A stretch of 64,000 bases of DNA from the human T2T-CHM13v2.0 reference genome, Homo sapiens: the NCBI RefSeq assembly GCF_009914755.1, contig NC_060933.1. The stretch is one strand, 5' to 3'. The position numbers were made by a program, and so were the translations under genes. The notes under the pieces are model-generated. The model was not told the origin of the DNA. It was given only the letters and a program-made list of their open reading frames with translations, and made no database searches. Of this stretch, positions 53,745 to 64,000 are shown in pieces. Position 1 is the first letter of the stretch; every line of letters starts with the position of its first letter.

Positions 53745-56700
53745 CATTCCATTCGGGTTGTTCCATTCCATTCCATTCCATTCCACTCCACTCCATTGCA
53801 CTCGGGTTGATTCCATTCCATTCCATTCCATTCCATTCCATTCCGTTCCGTTCCATTCCATTCCATTCCATTCTATTCGGATTAATTCCATTCCATTCCA
53901 TTCCATTCCATTCCAATCGAGTTGATTCCATTCCATTCCATTCCATTCCATTCCACTCCATTCCAGTCCTTTCCATTCCATTCCACTCGGGTTGATTCCA
54001 ATGTATTCCTTTCCATTCCATTCCATTCCATTGCAATCGAGTTGATTCCATTGCTTTGCATTGCATTCCATTCCATTCCATTCCGGATGATTCCATTCCA
54101 TTGCATTCCATTCCATTCCATTCCATTCCCCTGCACTCGGGTTGATTCCATTCCATTCCACTCCATTCCGTTCCATTCCATTCCATTCCAATGTATTCGG
54201 GTTAATTCCATTCCATTGCATTCCATTCCATTCCATTCCATTACAATCGAGTTGATTCCATTCCATTCCATTCCATTACAGTCCTTTCCATTCCATTCCA
54301 CTCGGGTTGATTCCATTCTATTAGTTTCCATTCCATTCCATTCCCTTCCATTACACTCTGGTTGATACCATTCCTTTCCATTCCACTCGAATACATTCCC
54401 TCCTATTCCACTCGGAACGATTCCATTCCATTCCATTCCATTCCATTCCATTCCATTCCATTCCATTCCATTCCGTTCCATTTCGTTCCACTCCATTCTA
54501 TTCCGTATCATTCCATTCCATTCCATTCCATTCCATTCCATTCCATTCCATTCCATTCCATTCCATTGTACTCGGGTTGATTCAATTCCGTTGCATTCCA
54601 TTCCATTCCATTCCATTCCATTCCGTTGCATTCCATTCCATTACATTCGGATTGATTCTATTCAACTCCCTTACTCTCCATTACATTCCATTCCATTCGG
54701 GTTGTTCCATTCCATTCCATTCCATTCCACTCCATTCCATTGCACTCGGGTTGATTCCATTCCATTCCATTCCATTCCATTCCATTCCGTTCCGGATGAT
54801 TCCATTCCATTGCATTCCGTTCCATTACATTCCCCTGCACTCGCGTTGATTCCATTCCATTCCATTCCATTCCATTCCATTCCATTCCATTACAATTCGT
54901 TCCATTCCATTCTATTCCGTACCATTCCATTCCATTCCATACCATTCCATTCCATTCCATTCCATTCTATTCCGTTCCAATCCGTTCCATTCCATTCCAT
55001 TCCATTCTATTCGGATTAATTCCATTCCATTCCATTCCATTCCATTCTATTCCATTCCATTGCAATCGAGTTGAATCCATTGCATTTCATTCCATTCCAT
55101 TCCATTCCATTCCATTCCGGAAGATTCCATTCCATTGCATTCCATTCCATTCCATTCCCCTGCACTCGCGTTGATTCCATTCCATTCCATTCCATTCCAT
55201 TCCATTCCATTCCATTCCGTTCCGTTCCATTCCATTCCATTCCATTCCATTCCATTCCATTCCATTCCGTTCCGTTCCATTCCATTCCATTCCATTCTAT
55301 TCGGGTTAATTCCATTCCATTCCATTCGATTGCAATCGAGTTGATTCCATTCCCTAACATTCCATTCCATTCCATTCCATTCCATTCCATTCCATTCCTT
55401 TCCATTCCATTACGGATGATTCCATTCCATTGCATTCCATTCCATTCCATTCCCCTGTTCTCGGGTTGATTCCATTCCATTCCTATTGCAATCCATGCCA
55501 TTCCACTCGTGTTGATTCCATTCTTTCCATTCCATTCAAGTTGAATCCATTCCATTGCATTCCATTCCATTCGATTCCATTCGATTGCACTCGGGTTGAT
55601 TCCATTCCATTGCAATCCATTCCATTCCATTCCATTGCATTCCATTCCATTCCGTTCCATTCCATTCCATTACATTCGGATTGATTCTATTCAATTCCTT
55701 TACACTCCATTACATTCCATTCCATTCGGGTAGTTTTCATTCCATTCCATTCCATTCCTCTCCATTCCATTGCACTCGGGTTGATTCCATTCCATTGCAT
55801 TCCATTCCATTCCATTCCATTCCATTCCATTCCATTCCATTCCATTACGGATGATTCCATTCCATTGCATTCCATTCCATTCCATTCCCCTATACTCGGG
55901 TTGATTCCATTCCATTCCATTCCAATCCATGCCATTCCAATCGTGTTGATTCCATTCTTTCCATTCCATTCAAGTTGAATCCATTCCATTATATTCCATT
56001 CCATTCGATTCCATTCTATTGCACTCGGGTTGATTCCATTCCATTGCATTCCATTCCATTCCATTCCATTCCATTCCGTTCCATTCCATTTCATTACATT
56101 CAGATTGATTCTATTCAATTCCCTTACACTCCATTATATTCCAATCCATTCTGGTTGTCTCCATTCCATTCCATTCCATTTCACTCCATTCCATTGCACT
56201 CGGGTTGATTCCATTCCTTTGCATTCCATTCCATTCCATTCCATTCCATTCCATTCCATTCCATTCCGTTCCATTCCATTTCATTACATTCAGATTGATT
56301 CTATTCAATTCCCTTACACTCCATTATATTCCAATCCATTCTAGTTGTCTCCATTCCATTCCATTCCATTTCACTCCATTCCATTGCACTCGAGTTGATT
56401 CCATTCCATTCCATTCCATTCCATTGCATTCCATTCCATTCCATTCCGGATGATTCCATTCCATTGCATTCCATTCCATTCCATTCCCCTGCACTCGGGT
56501 TGATTCCATTCCATTCCATTCCATTGCATTCCGTTCCATTCCATTCCATTCCATTCGGATTGATTCTATTCAATTCCCTTACACTCTATTACATTCCATT
56601 CCATTCCGGTAGTTTCCATTCCATTCCATTCAATTCCTCTCCATTCCATTGCACTCGGGTTGATTCCATTCCATCCCATTCCATTCCATTCCATTCCATT

Positions 56701-59700
56701 CCATTCCATTACATTCCATTCCATTCCATTCCATTCCATTCCGTTCCATTGTACTCGGGTTGATTCCATTCCATTGCATTCCATTCCATTCCATTCCATT
56801 CCATTCCATTCCATTCCATTCCATTCCATTCCGTTCCATTCCATTACATTCGGATTGATTCTATTCAACTCCCTTACTCTCCATTCCATTCCATTCCATT
56901 CAGGTTGTTCCATTCCATTCCATTCCATTCCACTCCATTCCATTGCACTCGGGTTGATTCCATTCCATTCCATTCCATTCCATTCCATTCCGTTCCGTTC
57001 CATTCCATTCCATTCCATTCTATTCGGGTTAATTCCATTCCATTCCATTCCATTCCATTCCAATCGAGTTGATTCCATTCCATTCCATTCCATTCCATTC
57101 CACTGCATTCCAGTCCTTTCCATTCCATTCCACTCGGGTTGATTCCAATGTATTCCTTTCCATTGCATTCCATTCCATTGCAATCGAGTTGATTCCATTG
57201 CTTTGCATTCCATTCCATTCCATTCCATTCCGGATGATTCCATTCCATTGCATTCCATTCCATTCCATTATCCTGCACTCGGGTTGATTCCATTCCATTC
57301 CACTCCATTCTGTTCCATTCCATTCCATTCCATTGTATTCGGGTTAATTCCATTCCATTGCATTCCATTCCATTCCATTCCATTACAATGGAGTTGATTC
57401 CATTCCATTCCATTCCATTCCAGTCCTTTCCATTCCATTCCACTCAGGTTGATTCCATTCTATTAGTTTCCATTCCATTCCATTCCCTTCCATTACACTC
57501 TGGTTGATACCATTCCTTTCCATTCCACTCGAATACATTCTCTCCTATTCCAGTCGGAACAATTCCATTCCATTCCATTCCATTCCATTCCATTCCATTC
57601 CATTCCATTCCATTCTATTCCATTCCATTTCGTTCCATTCCGTTCTATTCCGTATCATTCCATTCCATTCCATTCCATTCCATTCCATTCCATTCCATTC
57701 CATTCCATTCCATTCCATTGTACTCGGGTTGATTCAATTCCGTTGCATTCCATTCCATTCCATTCCATTCCATTCCGTTGCATTCCAGTCCATTACTTTC
57801 GGATTGATTCTATTCAACTCCCTTACTCTCCATTACATTCCATTCCATTCGGGTTGTTCCATTCCATTCCATTCCATTCCACTCCATTCCATTGCACTCG
57901 GGTTGATTCCATTCCATTCCATTCCATTCCATTCCATTCCGGATGATTCCATTCCATTGCATTCCGTTCCATTACATTCCCCTGCACTCGCGTTGATTCC
58001 ATTCCATTCCATTCCATTCCATTCAATTCCATTCCATTACAATTCGTTCCATTCCATTCTATTCCGTACCATTCCATTCCATTCCATACCATTCCATTCC
58101 ATTCCATTCCATTCCATTCCGTTCCATTCCGTTCCATTCCATTCCATTCCATTCTATTCGGATTAATTCCATTCCATTCCATTCCTTTCCATTCTATTCC
58201 ATTCCATTGCAATCGAGTGGAATCCATTGCATTTCATTCCATTCCATTCCATTCCATTCCATTCCGGAAGATTCCATTCCATTGCATTCCATTCCATTCC
58301 ATTCCCCTGCACTCGCGTTGATTCCATTCCATTCCATTCCATTCCATTCCATTCCATTCCATTCCGTTCCGTTCCGTTCCATTCCATTCCATTCCATTCC
58401 ATTCCATTCCATTCCGTTCCGTTCCATTCCATTCCATTCCATTCTATTCGGGTTAATTCCATTCCATTCCATTCGATTGCAATCGAGTTGATTCCATTCC
58501 CTAACATTCCATTCCATTCCATTCCATTCCATTCCTTTCCATTCCATTACGGATGATTCCATTGCATTGCATTCCATTCCATTCCATTCCCCTGTACTCG
58601 GGTTGATTCCATTCCATTCCTATTCCAATCCATGCCATTCCACTCGTGTTGATTCCATTCTTTCCATTCCATTCAAGTTGAATCCATTCCATTGCATTCC
58701 ATTGCATTCGATTCCATTCGATTGCACTCGGGTTGATTCCATTCCATTGCAATCCATTCCATTCCATTCCATTGCATTCCATTCCATTCCGTTCCATTCC
58801 ATTCCATTACATTCGGATTGATTCTATTCAATTCCTTTACACTCCATTACATTCCATTCCATTCGGGTAGTTTCCATTCCATTCCATTCCATTCCTCTCC
58901 ATTCCATTGCACTCGGGTTGATTCCATTCCATTGCATTCCATTCCATTCCATTCCATTCCATTCCATTCCATTCCATTCCATTACGGATGATTGCATTCC
59001 ATTGCATTCCATTCCATTCCATTCCCCTTTACTCGGGTTGATTCCATTCCATTCCATTCCAATCCATGCCATTCCACTCGTGTTGATTCCATTCTTTCCA
59101 TTCCATTCAAGTTGAATCCATTCCATTACATTCCATTCCATTCGATTCCATTCTATTGCACTCGGGTTGATTCCATTCCATTGCATTCCATTCCATTCCA
59201 TTCCATTCCATTCCGTTCCATTCCATTTCATTACATTCAGATTGATTCTATTCAATTCCCTTACACTCCATTATATTCCAATCCATTCTGGTTGTCTCCA
59301 TTCCATTCCATTCCATTTCACTCCATTCCATTGCACTCGGGTTGATTCTATTCCATTGCATTCCATTCCATTCCATTCCATTCCATTCCATTCCATTCCA
59401 TTCCTTTCCATTCCATTTCATTACATTCAGATTGATTCTATTCAATTCCCTTACACTCCATTATATTCCAATCCATTCTTGTTGTCTCCATTCCATTCCA
59501 TTCCATTTCACTCCATTCCATTGCACTCGGGTTGATTCCATTCCATTCCATTCCATTGCATTCCATTCCATTCCATTCCGGATGATTCCATTCCATTGCA
59601 TTCCATTCCATTCCATTCCCCTGCACTCGGGTTGATTCCATTCCATTCCATTCCATTACATTCCGTTCCATTCCATTCCATTCCATTCGGATTGATTCTA

Positions 59701-60010
59701 TTCAATTCCCTTACACTCCATTACATTCCATTCCATTCGGGTAGTTTCCATTCCATTCCATTCCATTCTTCTCCATTCCATTGCACTCGGGTTGATTCCA
59801 TTCCATTCCATTCCATTCCATTCCATTCCATTCCATTCCATTCCATTCCATTCCATTCCATTCCGTTCCATTGTACTCGGGTTGATTCCATTCCATTGCA
59901 TTCCATTCCATTCCATTCCATTCCATTCCATTCCGTTCCATTCCATTACATTCGGATTGATTCTATTCAACTCCCTTACTCTCCATTACATTCCATTCCA
60001 TTTGGGTTGT
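53745..60010. repeat. Direct tandem duplication, two ~3.14 kb units, each with an internal 190-bp tandem duplication
   Basis: Shared variants gttgatacca (54361/57503), ccctaacatt (55352/58499), the register-shifting tcctatt(g/c)caatcc, and caattcctttacac. ORF offsets are 3137-3147. tcattacattcagattg occurs at 56091/56281 and 59228/59418. Confidence 0.9.
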
Positions 60011-63000
60011 TCCATTCCATTCCATTCCATTCCACTCCATTCCATTGCGCTCGGGTTGATTCCATTCCATTCCATTCCACTCCATTCCATTCCATTCCAT
60101 TCCATTACAATCGAGTTGATTCTATTCCATTCCATTCCATTCCAGTCCTTTCCATTCCATTCCTCTCGGGTTGATTCCATTCTATTAGTTTCCGTTCCAT
60201 TCCATTCCCTTCCATTCCACTCTGGTTGATTCCATTCCTTTCCATTCCACTCGAATACATTCCCTCCTATTCCACTCGGAACGATTCCATTCCATTCCAT
60301 TCCATTCCATTCCATTCCATTCCATTCCATTCCATTCCATTCCATTTCGTTCCATTCCATTCTATTTCGTATCATTCCATTCCATTCCATTCCATTCCAT
60401 TCCATTCCATTCCATTCCATTGTACTCGGGTTGAGTCAATTCCGTTGCATTCCATTCCATTCCATTCCATTCCATTCCATTCCGTTGCATTCCATTCCAT
60501 TACATTCGGATTGATTCTATTCAACTCCCTTACTCTCCATTACATTCCATTCCATTCGGGTTGTTCCATTCCATTCCATTCCATTCCACTCCATTCCATT
60601 GCACTCGGGTTGATTCCATTCCATTCCATTCCATTCCATTCCATTCCATTCCATTCCATTCCATTCCATTCCGTTCCATTGTACTCCGGTTGATTCCATT
60701 CCATTGCTTTCCATTCCATTCCATTCCATTCCACTCCATTCCATTGTACTCGGGTTGATTCAATTCCGTTGCATTCCATTCCATTCCATTCCATTCCATT
60801 CCGTTCCATTCCATTCCATTACATTCGGATTGATTCTATTCAATTCCCTTACACTCCATTACATTCCATTCCATTCGGGTAGTTTCCATTCCATTCCATT
60901 CCATTCCTCTCCATTCTATTGCACTCGGGTTGATTCCATTCCATTCCATTCCATTCAATTCCAATCCGTTCCATTCCATTCCATTACATTCGGATTGATT
61001 CTATTCAACTCCCTTACTCTCCATTACATTCCATTCCATTCGGGTTGTTCCATTCCATTCCATTCCATTCCACTCCATTCCATTGCACACGGGTTTATTC
61101 CATTCCATTCCATTCCATTCCATTCCATTCCGGAAGATTCCATTCCATTGCATTCCATTCCATTCCATTCCCCTGCACTCGCGTTGATTCCATTCCATTC
61201 CATTCCATTCCATTCCATTCCTTTCCGTTCCATTCCATTCCATTCCATTCCATTCCAATCCATTCCATTCCGTTCCGTTCCGTTCCATTCCATTCCATTC
61301 CATTCTATTCGGGTTAATTCCATTCCATTCCATTCGATTGCAATAGAGTTGATTCCATTCCATTCTATTCCATTCCATTCCATTCCATTCCATTCCTTTC
61401 CATTCCATTACGGATGATTCCATTCCATTGCATTCCATTCCATTCCATTCCCATGTACTCGGGTTGATTCCATTCCATTCCATTCCAATCCATGCCATTC
61501 CACTCGTGTTAATTCCGTTCTTTCCATTCCATTCAAGTTGAATCCATTCCATTGCATTCCATTCCATTCCATTCCCCTGCACTCGCGTTGATTCCATTCC
61601 ATGCCATTCCATCTCATTCCATTCCGTACCGTTCCATTCCATTCCATTTCATTCCGTTCCGTTCCATTCCATTCCATTCCATTCTATTCGGGTTAATTCC
61701 ATTCCATTCCATTCGATTGCAATCGAGTTGATTCCATTCCATTCCATTCCATTCCATTCCATTCCATTCCATGCCTTTCCATTCCATTACGGATGATTCC
61801 ATTCCATTGCATTCCATTCCATTCCATTCCCCTGTACTCGGGTTGATTCCATTCCATTCCATTCCAATCCATGCCATTCCACTCGTGTTGATTCCATTCT
61901 TTCCATTCCATTCAAGTTGAATCCATTCCGTTGCATTCCATTCCATTCGATTCCATTCGATTGCACTCGGGTTGATTCCATTCCATTGCATTCCATTCCA
62001 TTCCATTCCATTCCATTCCATTCCATTCCATTCCGTTCCATTCCATTCCATTACATTCGGATTGATTCTATTCAATTCCCTTACACTCCATTACATTCCA
62101 TTCCATTCGGGTTGTTCCATTCCATTCCATTCCATTCCTCTCCATTCCATTGCACTCGGGTTGATTCCATTCCATTCCATTACATTCCATTCCATTCCAT
62201 TCCATTCCATTCCATTCCATTCCATTCCATTCCGTTCCATTGTACTCGGGTTGATTCCATTCCATTGCATTCCATTCCATTCCATTCCATTCCATTCCGT
62301 TCCATTCCATTACATTCGGATTGATTCTATTCAACTCCCTTACTCTCCATTACATTCCATTCCATTTGAGTTGTTCCATTCCATTCCATTCCATTCCACT
62401 CCATTCCATTGCGCTCGGGTTGATTCCATTCCATTCCATTCCACTCCATTCCATTCCATTCCATTCCATTACAATCGAGTTGATTCTATTCCATTCCATT
62501 CCATTCCAGTCCTTTCCATTCCATTCCTCTCGGGTTGATTCCATTCTATTAGTTTCCATTCCATTCCATTCCCTTCCATTCCACTCTGGTTGATTCCATT
62601 CCTTTCCATTCCACTCGAATACATTCCCTCCTATTCCACTCGGAACGATTCCATTCCATTCCATTCCATTCCATTCCATTCCATTCCATTCCATTCCGTT
62701 CCATTCCATTCCATTCCATTCCATTTCGTTCCATTCCATTCTATTCCGTATCATTCCATTCCATTCCATTCCATTGCATTCCATTCCATTCCATTCCCCT
62801 GTACTCGGGTTGATTCCATTCCATTCCATTCCATTCCATTCCATTCCATTTCGTTCCATTCCATTCTATTCCGTATCATTCCATTCCATTCCATTCCATT
62901 CCATTCCATTCCATTCCATTCCATTCCATTCCATTCCATTGTAATCGGGTTGATTCCATTCCATTGCATTCCATTCCATTCCATTCCATTCCGTTGCATT

Positions 63001-64000
63001 CCATTCCATTACATTCGGATTGATTCTATTCAACTCCCTTACTCTCCATTACATTCCATTCCATTCGGGTTGTTCCATTCCATTCCATTCCATTCCACTC
63101 CATTCCATTGCACTCGGGTTGATTCCATTCCATTCCATTCCATTCCATTCCATTCCATTCCATTCCGGATGATTCCATTCCATTGCATTCCGTTCCATTA
63201 CATTCCCCTGCACTCGCGTTGATTCCATTCCATTCCATTCCATTCCATTCCATTCAATTCCATTCCATTACTATTCGTTCCATTCCATTCTATTCCGTAC
63301 CATTCCATTCCATTCCATACCATTCCATTCCATTCCATTCCATTCCATTCCATTCCGTTCCATTCCGTTCCATTCCATTCCATTCCATTCTATTCGGATT
63401 AATTCCATTCCATTCCATTCCGTTCCATTCTATTCCATTCCATTGCAATCGAGTTGAATCCATTGCATTTCATTCCATTCCATTCAATTCCATTCCATTC
63501 CGGAAGATTCCATTCCATTGCATTCCATTCCATTCCATTCCCCTGCACTCGCGTTGATTCCATTCCATTCCATTCCATTCCATTCCACTCCGTTCCGTTC
63601 CGTTCCATTCCATTCCATTCCATTCCTTTCCATTCCGTTCCGTTCCATTCCATTCCATTCCATTCTATTCGGGTTAATTCCATTCCATTCCATTCGATTG
63701 CAATCGAGTTGATTCCATTCCATTCCATTCCATTCCATTCCATTCCGTTCCGTTCCATTCCATTCCATTCCTTTCCATTCCGTTCCGTTCCGTTCCGTTC
63801 CATTCCATTCCATTCCGTTCCGTTCCATTCCATTCCATTCCATTCTATTCGGGTTAATTCCATTCCATTCCATTCGATTGCAATCGAGTTGATTCCATTC
63901 CATTCCATTCCATTCCATTCCATTCCATTCCATTCCTTTCCATTAAATTACGGATGATTCCATTCCATTGCATTCCATACCATTCCATTCCCCTATACTC

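Larger units (their letters stand above)
1..64000. repeat. Satellite III (HSat3) tandem array, (GGAAT)n/(CATTC)n with interspersed diverged 10-bp cassettes
   Basis: Continuous pentamer repeat from base 1 to 64000 with long perfect runs. The Sat III diagnostic ACTCGGGTTG/CAACCCGAGT cassette recurs hundreds of times. The array is not dominated by the CATTCGATTC/ATTCGATGATG units typical of HSat2. No unique sequence seen. Subfamily and chromosome cannot be assigned by eye. Confidence 0.97.
4329..64000 (-). repeat. HSat3 block in the opposite orientation (CATTC on +, GGAAT on -)
   Basis: The + strand reads cattc repeats with ctcgggttg cassettes from 4329 to the end. I saw no further polarity switch. 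Confidence 0.97.

Noticed and set aside
1-64000. Hundreds of ORFs encoding MEWNG or IPFHS/HSIPF repeats (up to 347 aa)
   Set aside because: (GGAAT)n has no stop codon on either strand, contains ATG every 5 bp, and yields the same pentapeptide in all three frames. The ORFs overlap in all six frames and end at random cassette stops. There is no evidence of coding.
4329-64000. CRISPR-like pattern of conserved ~35-bp motifs (CGGATTGATTCTATTCAACTCCCTTACTCTCC) separated by spacers
   Set aside because: The 'spacers' are pentamer repeats and other recurring cassettes, not unique sequences. Spacing is irregular, there are no cas genes or leader, and the context is eukaryotic satellite.
1-64000. Telomeric repeat, HSat2, alpha satellite/CENP-B box, or GGAA microsatellite
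   Set aside because: There is no TTAGGG array and no 171-bp monomer. CATTCGATTC is only a minor cassette. The unit is GGAAT, not tandem GGAA.
1-64000. Assignment to a specific chromosome or HSat3 subfamily (for example 9q12 or Yq DYZ1)
   Set aside because: This needs k-mer classification or alignment to a complete assembly. No regular 3.6 kb period is visible, and no unique flank is present.

Overview
The whole 64 kb window is one primate (human or great-ape type) Satellite III (HSat3) array. It is a (GGAAT)n/(CATTC)n pentamer backbone interrupted every ~40-100 bp by in-register 10-bp cassettes of the classical ACTCGGGTTG/CAACCCGAGT family. I see no credible protein-coding gene, RNA gene, transposon or CRISPR array. 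All MEWNG/IPFHS ORFs in the track are what a stop-free 5-bp repeat gives when translated. The real structure is: (1) one strand-polarity switch centred at 4328 (GGAAT on + before, CATTC on + after), whose left block is a mosaic of homologues of distant right-hand segments rather than a fold-back copy; (2) an ordered cassette 'grammar' with a ~0.85 kb core cycle containing an A/B ~175-190 bp dimer; (3) a patchwork of recent duplications at offsets of about 1.1, 1.35, 1.9, 2.4, 3.1, 5.25, 6.9 and 8 kb instead of a single HOR; (4) a recurrent cassette aTTCcgGAAgaTTCc that is a perfect three-unit heat-shock element, set in a backbone that is itself a TEAD (CATTCC) motif array. I find no new gene-encoded system. 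All alignments and counts were done by eye, so block boundaries are approximate.
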